Source of the DNA: Eledone cirrhosa
Lineage: Eukaryota
Length of the DNA: 64,000 bases
Assembly (NCBI GenBank): GCA_964016885.1
Contig: OZ024740.1
Coordinates: 253,084,001-253,148,000 of the forward strand
Direction: 5' to 3'
Under the pieces are notes generated by a model that did no database searches, was not told the origin of the DNA, and saw nothing but the letters and a program-made list of their open reading frames with translations. Shown in pieces: positions 1-12,282 of the stretch; position 1 is the first letter of the stretch; every line of letters starts with the position of its first letter. The position numbers and the translations under genes are program-made.

Positions 1-142
1 TGGAAAAAAATAAATAGTCGTTGACTTAAGTTAGACCATTTACAACATTCTTACAGACTGAGTCGAATCGGTTTGAAATTGTGCAAATGTATAAACATGG
101 AACATACACACACTCACAACAACAATCTGCCTTTTATAGATA

Positions 143-285
143 ATTGTTTCTACTTTTGGCACAAGGCCAGCAATTATCCCAGTGTATTACTGGTACTTTA
201 TTTTATCGACCCCTTAAGGATGAAAGGCAAAGTTAACCTCGGCGGGTTGTGAACTCAGTCCGTAAAGGGACGTAACTGTGCTGCA
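143..285 (-). mobile_element. SINE with Nin/Deu-like core
   Basis: Reverse complement of ...gaggttaactttgcctttcatcc..ggggtcgataaaataaagtaccagtaatacactggg..ttgctggccttgtgccaaaagtagaaacaatt; same family as 3797-4000, 33375-33590, 36140-36232 and 58880-59062. Confidence 0.75.
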
Positions 286-376
286 AATGATATATCATAT
301 ATATATATATATATATATATGTAAGTATGTGTGTATACGTACATACATATATGTATACAGACGTACAGTAGCATGC

Positions 377-407
<31 letters not shown>

Positions 408-554
408 CAGGTACACATATATGCACGTATCAGTTTAGCGGACGCTTATTATAACGCCGCTTTGTTCGTTTGTAAACAAACTGAACAGCCTGAATTTTAT
501 GCCGTACGGTGTTAAGGCAACCACATCACCTTTTTGTTCAACACTGACACAGGA

Positions 555-597
555 ACGATGTACTAGTTTCAAGCTTGTTAGCTATCATCAGCACCGT
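555..597 (-). ncRNA. Minimal type I hammerhead ribozyme motif
   Basis: Minus strand: acggtg CTGATGA t-agct-aaca-agct-t GAAA ctag TA catcgt. Confidence 0.8.
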
Positions 598-807
598 ATA
601 CCCTTCTGCCAGATAGTTGAACGTTCGAAAGTATATACTTTCCTTATGAAAATTAACGGCTGAGCAGCCTAATTTGCATATCGAGTGAGTTAAGTCGGTC
701 AGGCATACCGAAAACGATAAGTTGAAATAAAATTAGGCTGCTCAGCCGTTAATTTTCATAAGGAAAGTATATACTGTCGAACGTTCAACTATCTGGCAGA
801 AGGGTAT

Positions 808-850
808 ACGGTGCTGATGATAGCTAACAAGCTTGAAACTAGTACATCGT
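808..850 (+). ncRNA. Minimal type I hammerhead ribozyme motif
   Basis: acggtg CTGATGA t-agct-aaca-agct-t GAAA ctag TA catcgt; 6-bp stem I, palindromic stem III ACTAGT, predicted GUA cleavage after 844. Confidence 0.8.
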
Positions 851-1529
851 TCCTGTGTCAGTGTTGAACAAAAAGGTGACGTGGTTGCCTTAACACCGTA
901 CGGCATAAAATTCAGGCTGTTCAGTTTGTTTACAAACGAACAAAGCGGCGTTATAATAAGCGTCCGCTAAACTGATACGTGCATACATGTATGTGTACCT
1001 GTATGTATATATATATATATATATATGCATACTACTGTACGTCTGTATACATATATGTATGTACGTATACACACATACTTACATTTAAGTAAGTGCCGTA
1101 CTAAGAGTGAGAAATGAAATTTCGTTTTCATTTTATTTCAACTTATATATATATATGTATGTATATATACACATGTTGGTGGGTGGGGCATGTGTGTTTG
1201 TGTGTGCATGTGTGTCAGTGTGTGATTGTAAAGACCTGACCATTTTGTAGACTTTAATACAGCCACTTAAAGAAAAACCTTTTGTCTGCTTAGTATAATT
1301 GAACCTTGAAAAATAAGGAGTGCCTGCTTTTGTATCCCTCTGTATCACTATATATTTTTCAGTATAGTTTTTTCAAAGAATCCCCTTTCTTTAAATCCAT
1401 CAGCCAATGACCTTCACCCATCCCAATCATCACCTTCCCCTACCACCAGAAAATGTATAAATACCTCCATAACATATTGATGATTTCCTTTGAATGAAAC
1501 TGTTCTAGTCCTGTAAAAGCCATTTCTAT

Positions 1530-1866
1530 CATCATCATTTTACGTCCGCATTTCCCTGCTTGCAAGGGTGGGACGGGAACTGATTCTGGCTTGATTTCTA
1601 CAGCTGAATGCCCTTACTAACACCAACCTCATTTACAGTGAGTGCTGGGTGCTTTTTTTTTTTTTGCCATGGCACCTCCACACCATTTTGCAGTGGAATG
1701 ATATGGACCCCAGTCCTATCATCTCATTTCTACATCTGAGTAAATTGAAGCAATGTGAAATAAAGTCTCTTGCTCAAGGAAACAACACATCACCCGGTCC
1801 GAGAATTGAACTCACAACCTTTCGATTGCAAGCCCAATGCTCTAACCACTAAGCCATGTGCCTTCA
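1530..1866 (-). mobile_element. tRNA-derived SINE with RTE-type 3' tail
   Basis: Minus strand begins with a tRNA-like head (ggcacatggcttagtggttagagcattgggcttgcaatcgaaaggttgtgagttcaattc) and ends ...gcggacgtaaaatgatgatg; sister copy at 30499-30803. Confidence 0.8.
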
Positions 1867-2033
1867 TACTATATTAAATATATATATATATAACCAAAGA
1901 TTAATAAGGTTCGTTGATTACTCAACGAATACAATATTACAATAGATTAGAAGCACTCAACATGATATTTTCCTGGAGTTTTTAATATTATTCAAAATGT
2001 TGATAAATGAAAAATATTCTCATAATCAAAATA

Positions 2034-2100
2034 TATACTTTATTATACATATTTCAAAGGTACTGTGTTGTTTAAGTACATTTTCATCAGACAAAATATA
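2034..2100 (-). ncRNA. Type I hammerhead ribozyme motif near the PLE 3' end
   Basis: tatattttgt CTGATGA aaa-t-gtact..agtac-c-ttt GAAA tatgta TA ataaagtata; about 10-bp stem I. Confidence 0.75.
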
Positions 2101-3796
2101 TGATTTGATATGTGACATACCGCTACGGTTTTGATTATTCAATTCCAGTATTGGCAGTGATTTATTTCATCAAATCTCAACTTTTTTATACCACAAATAA
2201 TATGATAAACTTAAAGAAGAAAAGGACGTAGAGCAAGTTAGAAATATAAGAGGGGGGTGCAAAGAAGAGGAAAAGGCAAGAAATAAATAAATAAATGAAT
2301 AAATAAATAAATAAATGGTTGAATGAATAAAAGAAGAAAAGAAATATATAAAAGAAAAGAAGAATAAAGACAAAAGAGAGGGAAAATGTGGGAAGAGTAA
2401 AGAGGAAACGAAGGGGAATAAAGAAAAATGAAGAAAAAGAAGAAAATATGAAATAGAGGGGAATAAAAAAACTGTTGTTTTCAAATGCTAGATAAACTAA
2501 GAAATCAAAAATCTATTCACATATATCAATGAATATCGCTTGTATTGGATTATGTTTTAGCTAATTATACTTTTATATTATATCTAGATTATTAGGTATA
2601 GATTACTTTTTATAGCAATCACATATTTAAGTTAATTACAAATTTATATAATTTAATTTAGCTCATTATAGATTATTATAATTTTTAATTTTAAGGTAAG
2701 ATATTCTATTAATATTTTACTACAACTTTAAAAGAATTAATCTTTAAAGAGTATTTAAATAATTATTAAATATGTATTAAAATATAATACTATGCATATA
2801 TCCCCATCAATACATATAATATATTTTGTTCATTTATTATCCAAATTAATTTATTTTAATTTAGAAATTCGCTTTATAAAAGCTTTACTATTCTTTAATT
2901 TTCATTTATTTCTTAGAATCCAACTGTGGTTATATTTACTCTGTATAATTTTATTTCATTTATTTAATGAATGGTTATATTTACTTGTGTATTTAATTAT
3001 TTTGATTTATAGTATCCTTTTAATGATAGTCTATATATTATATAAACTTTATATTTCATATTTTAATATATTTTATCAAGCTAGTCAAAAAGATATTTTT
3101 ACGGACAATGTAAACAAAAGGAAGATAACTCATTCACCATATACAAGCATTTATAACTTATCTCTGCTCTCACATCCAGCGATATTTCAAAAGCCATAAA
3201 TCATCTATTGTATATATCGTAATTGATGCCTAATTAAATATTGAACTATCCTAATCAAAGCATGGGATAAACAGACTCTTAATGAAATTATTCCAATACA
3301 CATCAGTAAATTATTACTTCTATAAGGCAAAATTTATATAAATTTAAATTATTAATTGTCATTATTTTTTTGAAACTGGTACATTGCTTGGAAAGTTTTA
3401 CCAATTTATGGTGACAACTACTAAATAATTCATTTTTTTTTTGTTGATTAAATTGTCATAGTTCACTAATTGCGAAAGTGAAGTTGAAAATTTCTTATCT
3501 GGTCTATTAAAAGTATGTCTATGATTATACCAACGTTCCTTAAATTTAGATGAGGTGGCACCTATGTAGTTATATATATTATTATTTGCCTTAATGGTAC
3601 ATTTATATACTAGATTCCTGTCAAGGCAATTATTTTGTAAAGGGCATTCAGACTTCTTTCTACAATTACATTTCTTTTCAGTGTTATTTACAGACGTTAT
3701 ACTATTCACATTATTATTTAAAGGTGTTCTACTATTATTCGTGTTGAAACTATTATTATTGTTATTCCCATTAACTAATATATTGTTATTATTATT

Positions 3797-4000
3797 ATGG
3801 CTATGGCGGTGGATTGGCAGTATCGGTAGAGGGTCGGACGGCATGCTTTGACACATAGAGTTACGGCCCTTGCCATTCCGAATTCAAATCCCGCTGATGT
3901 TAACTTTGCCTTTCATCCTTACAGGGTCGATAAAATAAAGTACCAGTAATACACTGGGTAATTGTTGGCCTTGTGCCAAAAGTAGAAACAATTATTATTG
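3797..4000 (+). mobile_element. Nin/Deu-core SINE inserted in the PLE
   Basis: ggcagtatcggtagagggtcggac...ttcaaatcccgc...gcctttcatccttacagggtcgataaaataaagtaccag...agaaacaattatt. Confidence 0.8.
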
Positions 4001-4939
4001 CTAATTACAGGTTGGCTCAAATTAAGATTTTTATTATTTATTTTTGCTATTATTTTGAGCAATATTCATAGTTGTCGAGTAAGATAGTTTAACTGTGTGT
4101 CTATTGAAGATAGGGTAATATTTATGTGACCTTGGGAAGCATTTATCCAAAGCTTTAAAAAATAAATGTGCTACAGGTGTTTTAATAGCTAAAGATGCTG
4201 GCGGAGCATACCAAATTATAGATCTAGTTCTTTTTTTTTTTTCGATTCATTCATTCAGTTGTTGTTTTTATATCCGTTTTTATTATGATTATTGTGATTA
4301 TAATTAATTTTATTTTGATGGATTTCCGTATTTTTATCTATATATTCAATATCATTGTTATATCCAGCTTTATGTAACGCTTCCTTATAATATATAGCCT
4401 TACTATTAAATATGGATCTATTAGCAGATAGCCTACATATTCGTTGTTGTACACTATTGACTATTGTACTCTTAACACTTTTAGGATGATTAGAATAAAA
4501 ACTAACATAATTTAAGTTCTCGTTGACTTTATGGAAAGGATATTAAAGGCCTGAGTTCAGATTTAGAGTCACATCTAAAAAATTGACTATTTTATGATTA
4601 TTTTCTACTTCTAATTACAGGTCATAATTTAAAAAAAATTCTATAATTGCTTTCTTTACTCTATTTAATTTACTATTGTTATGTTTTTCTACAATAAATA
4701 GTATGTCGTCCCTATATAAACCTCCGGTAATCTCCGGCAATTTTCTATTTATCATGTTAAGGATAAAAATGCCCACAAGATCTGTAACTTGCGCTGAATC
4801 TGACGAACCCATAGTAATGTCAAAATTCTTCTGTCTATCTGCCCTAGTCCAAAGATCATTATTAAAATCAATCAAGGTTCGCCTTGCTGTTAATATATAT
4901 CAAGGCGAGCCTTGATTGATTTTAATAATGATCTTTAAT

Positions 4940-6366
4940 TATGACAATTTAATCAACAAAAAAATGAATTATTTAGTAGTTGTCACCATAAAATTGGTAA
5001 AACTTTCCAAGCAATGTACCAGTTTCAAAAAAATAATGACAATTAATAATTTAAATATATATAAATTTTGCCTTATTGAAGTAATAATTTACTGATATTT
5101 ATATGTATTGGAATAATTTCATTAAGAGTCTCTTTATCCTAGGCTTTGATTAGGATAGTTCAATATTTAATTAGGCATCAATTACGATATATACAATAGA
5201 TGATTTATGGCTTTTGAAATATCGCTGGATGTGAGAGTAGAGATAAGTTATAAATGCTTGTATATGGTGAATGAGTTATCTTCCTTTTGTTTACATTGTC
5301 TGTAAAAATGTCTTTTTGACTAGCTTGATAAAACATATTAAATTATGAAATATGAAGTTTGATAATATATAGACTAACATTAAAAGGATGCTATAAATCA
5401 AAATAATTAAATACACAAGTAAATATAACCATTCATTAAATAAATGAAATAAAATTATACAGAGTAAATATAACCACAGTTGGATTCTAAGAAATAAATG
5501 AAAATTAAAGAATAGTAAAGCTTTTATAAAGTGAATTTCTAAATTAAAATAAATTAATTTGGATAATAAATGAACAAAATATATTATATGTATTGATGGG
5601 GATATATGCATAGTATTATATTTTAATACATATTTAATAATTATTTAAATACTCTTTAAAGATTAATTATTTTAAAATTGTAGCAAAATATTAATAGAAT
5701 ATCTTACCTTAAAATTAATAATTATAATAATCTATAATGAGTTAAATTAAATTATATAAATTTATAATTAACTTAAATATGTGATTACTATAGAAAGTAA
5801 TCTATACCTAATAATCTAGATATAATATAAAAGTATAATTAGCTAAAACATAATCCAATACAAGAGATATTCATTGATATATGTGAATAGATTTTTGATT
5901 TCTTATTTTATCTAGCATTTGAAAACAACAGTTTTTTATTCCCCTCTATTTCATATTTTCTTCTTCTTTTTCTTCGTTTTTCTTTATTTCCCTTCGTTTC
6001 CTCTTTACTCTCTCCACATTTTCCTTCTCTTTTGTCTTTATTCCTCTTTTCTTTTATATATTTCTTTATTTCTTCCCTTTTCCTCTTCTTTTCACCCCCC
6101 CCCCTCTTATATTTCTAACTTGCTCTACGTCCTTCTTTAAGTTTATCATATTATTTGTGGTGTAAAAACATTGAGATTTGGTGAAATAAATCAATGCCAG
6201 TACTGGAATTGAATAATCAAAACCATAGTGGTATGTCACATATCAAATCATATATTTTGTCTGATGAAAACGTACTTAAACACCATTGAATCTTTGAAAT
6301 ATGTATAATAAAATATATATTTTGATTATGAGAATATTTTTCATTTATTAACATTTTGAATAATAT
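4940..6366 (+). mobile_element. Inverted duplicate of the PLE 3' region (pseudo-LTR-like)
   Basis: Reverse complement of about 1986-3460 with scattered substitutions; ORF pairs 2792/5291 and 2170/5919 mirror each other. Confidence 0.9.
6251..6317 (+). ncRNA. Hammerhead motif in the inverted PLE arm (stem II partly decayed)
   Basis: tatattttgt CTGATGA aaa...ttt GAAA tatgta TA ataaaatata. Confidence 0.6.
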
Positions 6367-7934
6367 ATATATATATATATATAGTGACGAAACATAAGTC
6401 AATTGCATGAACTCATAATCCTTTATTATTTACTGCTATATATATTTCGATGATACCCATTGAATGGCTATGACCTCATTAGGTAGTTAGTCAGTTCTTA
6501 GATATGACAGCTCTGTGTTTATAGTGTTGATGGTATCAGAGCCTTATATATATATATATATAAAAAACAAAAAAATCACAGTCCACGCTGTAATGTGGCC
6601 GTGTAGGTAACACGGTAAAAAGTTCCCAGTTCCACACTGTAAATGTGGTTGGTGTTAGGAAGGGCATCCAGCTATAGAAAACCTGCCAGATAATCCTATA
6701 TGAGCGAGACACAGTCACCCGACCAACTTTGCCTTAAGTGGGACAACTCCCGTCTAACCCATGCTAGCGTGGAAGATGGACATTAAACGATGATGATGAT
6801 GATATATATATACACATATATATATATATCATCATCATCATTGTTTAACCTCCATCTTCCACGCTAGCATGGGTTAGACAGCTTTGTCCCATTTAGACAT
6901 ATATATATATAATTTATTCTGGCTAAGCAGTGAGCCTTGTTGTTGTGGAATCTCACCTGCACACTTGCAGGATCCTCTGGGTACACAGGCTCCCTACATA
7001 GCTATAATAAAAGAATATTTAAACTCTACTTTGATATTCAGTACTTTTTATTGTGTCTGTCAGTAACACAGATATATACATAGGGAAGACCCCTCATTTG
7101 TGTCAATGACATGACAACGTCTCTTAGTGTTGTTGATCTACATGATAAATACATCCAGCACATGCTATAAAGTGGTTGGTGAGGGAAGGGCATCCATTCG
7201 TAGAAAGCTTGCCTCTTTTGTGCATTCAGAAGAACATGAGACCATTCGTAAACATGATGCAGATCCCTGGAGAGTCTGAGAGGTCAGTGGCCCCATTTCA
7301 GTACTAACTTGGTCTGTTTGGACTCATCCAACCTAGTAGGGAAAGTGGATATTAAAACGATGATGATGATGATATATATATACACACATATATATTTGCA
7401 CACTTATACATACATATGTGTGTATGTCTTTTGAACTGTAAACAGGCAAACAAAACTTAAAAGAAGGCTTGGCTACTTATTTCCCTGTTAGTAGATCATT
7501 CTTTTTCTTTCTCCTCTCTCTCTGTCACCACTTATTTCCCTGTTAGTATACCACTCACTTTCTTTCTTTCTCTCTTTCTCTCCCTCTCTCTTTCTCTATA
7601 TGTGTGTGTGTGTGTGTCTGTCCACTTGTGACAGTGGTAAGTGGCATGAGAAAGTTAAATTCCAATAACAAATGTATTGTAACTAAAATTTAGTTTGTCT
7701 TTTCTCCATGGCTCTCATATAACAAGAACTTCCAAATACCAACAACCTAACACCAATACCATCACCACCAACATCTACCACTGTCACCACTAGCATCAAA
7801 TCCACAACACAACCACCACGATCTATCACTTCCATCTATCACCTCCATTACCACCACCAGCAATTTCCCACCAACAACACCATCTGTTTACTACTATCTT
7901 TCCCCCTCAAATCATTTCTATATCTATATTTCAG

Positions 7935-7994
7935 TCAGTTCCAGTTATTGTCACAAGAAGAAACCAATGGCCAACAGCTATTCACATAAAACAG
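7935..7994 (+). CDS. Candidate upstream CEP95 exon (60 nt, phase 1-1)
   Basis: atatttcag|TC AGT TCC...AAA ACA G|gtttgt; open frame SSSYCHKKKPMANSYSHKT whose terminal G completes the GAA codon of the 11427 exon. No homology recognised. Confidence 0.4.
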
Positions 7995-9329
7995 GTTTGT
8001 GTTGTTGTTTCATGTCTTACTTAACATATTTATAAATAAAACACAAAGGTTATGTGGTAACCACTTTGTACTAACTTTGACAGAGAAATGGTAATTTGAG
8101 ATCTTCATTCTCACACATTGTTAAGTAATTGGTCTGTGGTCAACTGCTGTCTATCAGTCTGTCTCTGTCTATCTATCTATATACATAACTCTCTACCTAC
8201 CTATCTATTTATTTACCTCCCTACCCACCTCTATATTTGTTTGTCTGACAGATGTATCTATTTTTGAATAAAAACAATAATAATAACAAACCACAAATTC
8301 CAATAGCAGTTGCAAGATAGATAGACAGAGAGATAGGAAAAAACCCACTATAATTTAGTGCAGGCTTATAATGATGTCGGTGTGATGTTCATGGAAACTG
8401 ATATACCCTTGTTATAGCAGTGACTAAAAGAGTTGGCATCAGGAAGGGCATCAGGTTATAAAACATTGTCTCAAAACATCCTGTCCAACCCAAACCAGCA
8501 AGAAAAGGTGGATGTAAAAACAATGATGATGATGATGATATATCATCATCATTTAACATCCACTTTCCCTGCTTGCAAAGATTGGACAGGTCATCAGCAA
8601 GCCAGAATGGTACTGAAGACGAAGGTACAGACCTCATTATGAGCTGAGATCCTGCATCTCACTTACATCCTACAGAGTGCTTATCCAGGTCAGCACCCTT
8701 CAACTCACACTACCAAGTGCATTTTATTATGATACTAACTCTAGAGAGATTGCCATGTCTTTGACATAGCTGAAGAGTTTTCCTGACCTTTTGTTTGGCA
8801 GGTTTTCTGTAGTTGGATGGTCTTCCTATTCCCTACCATTTTACAGAGTGTACTGGGTGCATTTATTGTGTACCTCACCAACATTAAAAAGATTGTTATG
8901 CACCTGACACAACTGGCATGGTTTCTACAGCAGGATGCCTTTCTCATCACCAACCACCTTATTGGATGTACTAGGTCCATTTTTCATGGCTCCGGCACTA
9001 GGGAGATTGTTTATTTCCACACTAGCATGGGTTAGACGAGTTGTCCTGTTGTGGGCAATGCTAGGTCAGGTGACCATGTCTTGCTGATACAGAACTGATT
9101 CTGGCTTGGTTTCTACAGCTGGATGCCCTTCTTTATGCTAACTTCATTTACAGTGAGTACTTGGTGCTGTTTGTCGTGGCGCCTTACATAACAACTTTAC
9201 AGTCTGTGCTGGGGGCTTCACTGAATGCATTTACTTTGGCCTGCCCTCATGGGGGTGTATGGGAGGATGGGTTGGGACATACTTTATATATGCTTCAACT
9301 TGTGCCTGTGGGAAGTCGGGTCTTCTATA

Positions 9330-10990
9330 TTACTGCGTATTGCCAGAGATCTTGGTTCTGTGTTATCACCTTTGAGAGGTGCAATTTGACAAGGTCGGCT
9401 TTTATCACATCATCCCAAGCCTTCCTGGGTTTCATTAACTTTGAGCACTCTGCACCTTTTTATGCAGTTGTCATCCTTCATATGTATCACATACCCACAC
9501 CAATGTAATCTCCTCTCCTGCACACAGCATTTGATTCTTCTTATGCCTAGTTTATCTCTCAGTTCATTTATGCTTTGCTGTTCTCATATATTACTATTAC
9601 ACATCCAGATTATGTCGTGGGACACTCTGTCTAAAGCTTTCTCCAGATCAACAAATACCAAGTAGAGTGGCTTCCTTTTAGCTAGGTACTTTTCCTGTAA
9701 CTTTTCCTAGGTACTTTTCCTGTCTCACAAGGAAGAGGGCATCAGTGGTGCTTTTGCCTGGTACAGATCCAAACTGCATTATATCTAGATTTACCCAGTC
9801 TCTAATCAGCTGTGCTATGACACTTTCTGTTACTTTCATGACCTGGTCCATCAGTTTTATACCTCTATAGTTTCCTCTATCTAGTGCATCTCCTTTACCC
9901 TTGTAGCAATTGACAATGATGCTGCTGCACCAATCATTTGGTATGATGCCATCTAGTATTAGTTGGTTTACAATACGTGTGGTTATGGTGTGTCCTACTG
10001 ACCCAGATACTTTCAGCATCTCAGCAACTATTCCTGATGGACCTGTTGCTTTCCCGGTCTTCATATCCTTAATTACCTTACTTACTACACTACTGCTGAC
10101 TTGTATGGCTGGGCCCTCTATGGGGTCCACTTCCCTTCTAGCTAAGTATACTTGTCGCCTAGCTTCCCGCCTGGTCTCTATGTAATATACCCTGATTCTT
10201 CTGTTCTTCTATTGTTTATATACCTGTCTCTTGGCCTTAATTGCTTCATCTACCTTACTGTTCCACCACCACCAAGTCATTCTCCTTCTCCCTGTAGTCT
10301 TATTCCAACCACAAACCTCATCTGTCACCTTTAGTAGGTTATCTTTTAGGAACTCCCAGTGCTCTTCTATATTGAGTGTTTCTATCTGTCCTTCTTTACT
10401 GTAATCAGTGTCAAGTAAAATATCTCTGGTTGAGGGATCTTTCAGCTTCCAGATCTTTCTTCTCCAGTCTGCCTTTTGTTTCAAAGTTTGCCTAGCTCTG
10501 ACAATGAAGTTGCTGACTACTAGGATGTGTTGGGAAGAACATTCCTCACCCAGGAAGGCTTTCATGTTTACAACCATCCATCTATCTGATTAGAATGCTC
10601 TCCGGATCTATAGGTGATCAGATGGTTGTCGGGTTTTTGAGGTTTGTGCTATATATCAACAGGTCATTGGCATCATAGAATTCTAGAAGCCTGTAGGCTT
10701 CTTCATTTCTTGTGCCAAACCCGTAGCCTCCATGGACTCTAGAAGCCATCACTGTGTTTCCCAACGTCTTCGTTAGAGTTCCCTGCAATGAGTAGGAGGT
10801 CATTGTCGTTCATTAGAGTGGTAGTGTGCATTAGGGACTCGTAAAACCTATCCTTATGTTCATTTGACAACCCAGTAAATGGATATAATTGTAGCTATTG
10901 TTTTATTCAGGACTAGTCTGAGTTTAATGATTATCATGTGCACCCTGTTCACTGAGATTACCTTATCTCTACCCATTTGTCAGCTAACCC
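9330..10990 (-). mobile_element. Decayed RTE-type LINE fragments (APE, linker, RT, C-terminus)
   Basis: ORFs with HGGYGFGTRNEE (APE), RRMTWWW, KATGPSG..YKGKGDALDRGNYRGIKL..QFG..GKSTTDA (RT N-terminus). Confidence 0.85.
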
Positions 10991-10994
10991 GTTG

Positions 10995-11350
10995 GAAAAT
11001 CTAGAAGTCTATCTGTCTATGAATGGCTTATATAGATGAACTATATGGACATTATAAATGGAATAAAAAGTATACCAACTTGCTTCATTACTTGAAGAAT
11101 GAATGAAAGATAGGAAGATATATGTAGGGAGAGAGAAAGAGAGGAGAGGTGGCCCGGATGGTGAATCGAGGTGAGTAGGAAATGGAAAAACAGGGATAAA
11201 GTTATGTATGTACAAGTTGCTAGGAAAATTAAGAATTGAAGGAATAAATACATTGAGCTCTGAGAAAATCTAGAAGTCTATCTGTCTATGAATGGCTAAT
11301 ATATATGAATTATATGGACATTATAAACGGAATAAAAATATACCGACTTC
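10995..11350. repeat. Partial direct tandem duplication (period about 268 bp)
   Basis: gaaaatctagaagtctatctgtctatgaatggc..ggacattataaa.ggaataaaaa occurs at about 10995 and about 11263. Confidence 0.7.
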
Positions 11351-11426
11351 CTTTGTTGGTTATATATAAATATATATACACACACACTGTCTGTTACATT
11401 GTTATAACTAGGATTATTGCTTTCAG

Positions 11427-11593
11427 AAATCAATGCTGAAACTCTGCTGCCCAACTTACTTGGTCAGCTTCCACTTCTGCACCTGTCTACGGAGACCTGG
11501 CATGAGCTCTGGCGAAAGAACATTCATCAGCTGGAGTACCTGACTAAGTCATACTATGAGAAACATCGCAAAAGAGACACATCAAAACAACAG
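11427..11593 (+). CDS. CEP95: CEP95 (centrosomal protein 95 kDa/CCDC45) coding exon
   Basis: tttcag|AA ATC AAT GCT...CAA CAG|gtctgt. Encodes (E)INAETLLPNLLGQLPLLHLSTETWHELWRKNIHQLEYLTKSYYEKHRKRDTSKQQ, resembling the vertebrate CEP95 segment as I recall it (LLPLMLEQFPFLYVS..TLSKMWKQQIAQVEQL). Phase 0 into the next exon. Confidence 0.85.
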
Positions 11594-11699
11594 GTCTGTA
11601 TTTGAAGTAGACAGAATCAGATGAGATACCATTCTGATGTTTTGTAAAAACATACAGGATTTGACCTTTCGTTTCTAATAAAATACACTGCCTATGTCA

Positions 11700-11983
11700 T
11701 TAACCCTTTCATTACCAAATTTCTATTGTCAGACACTGCCTAAGTCTTCAACCCTTTCCTTACCATATATCAAATGAATGACACTGCTGTATGATTTTCA
11801 AATCATTTTGAAATTAATCAAGTAATGTATAGAAATGTAACCAATTTTCTCATTAAGCTGATCTCATTAACCTAACAAAACTTCTCGTAAAATTATGATG
11901 GAAGGTTTTTTTTTTATAAAGCAAATAGTTTTGTATTATAGAACCAGGAGTAGTTTTAGGTGGTTTGGTAGGGAAAGGGTTAA
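11700..11983. mobile_element. piggyBac-like MITE family member
   Basis: Bounded by TTAA-CCCTTT ... AAAGGG-TTAA; related copies at 18392-18752, 19550-19640, 43900-44750 and 48660-48840. Confidence 0.55.
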
Positions 11984-12100
11984 CTTTTAGGTGTAACAGT
12001 GCTCAATATACTGTAGTACAACAGTCATTGGTTAATAATATTAACATTACAAATTTGGTGGTTTATTCTCTTGTTTGATTATTGCTAATGTTTCTTTCAG

Positions 12101-12175
12101 ATTAAAGATGCTGAAAAGCGTAGAGAAATTCTCAATGATATTATGAAGAAAGAACTTTCTCACATGCAAAGAATG
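12101..12175 (+). CDS. CEP95: CEP95 coding exon
   Basis: tttctttcag|ATT AAA GAT...AGA ATG|gtaagg; 75 nt, IKDAEKRREILNDIMKKELSHMQRM, in frame with both neighbours. Confidence 0.85.
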
Positions 12176-12282
12176 GTAAGGAGATTCACTGATACTGCTC
12201 TAACAACCTAATTTTTAGGGACCTTCCTCCAAAATTGTTGGCCTTGTGCCTAAATCAAAAACAATTATTATTATTATTACAG

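Larger units (their letters stand above)
319..1146. repeat. Inverted pair of an HHR-bearing repeat unit (arms 319-675 and 730-1084)
   Basis: Arms are near-identical reverse complements; the same unit recurs at 60501-61005. Confidence 0.9.
1986..4900 (-). mobile_element. 5'-truncated Penelope-like retroelement (Naiad-like): RT, GIY-YIG and long 3' region
   Basis: ORF 4615-4875 FDITMGSSDSAQVTDLVG..GGLYRDD (RT); ORF 3398-3856 CNCRKKSECPLQNNC..LVYKC..YIGAT..FKERWYNH (Cys motif + GIY-YIG). Frameshifted and interrupted by a SINE at 3797-4000. Confidence 0.85.

Noticed and set aside
2170-3199. Hydrophobic F/L/I-rich ORFs duplicated at 5291-6140
   Set aside because: Compositional artefacts of the AT-rich PLE 3' region and its inverted copy.
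6431-6488. Minus-strand HHR-like motif CTAATGA...GAAA tatata TA
   Set aside because: Core G5 is mutated and stem I is mismatched; counted only as a decayed remnant.
7230-7282. AG..GT-bounded candidate CEP95 exon
   Set aside because: The phase-1 reading has a stop, the phase-0 reading ends in an incompatible phase, and it lies within a SINE-like segment.
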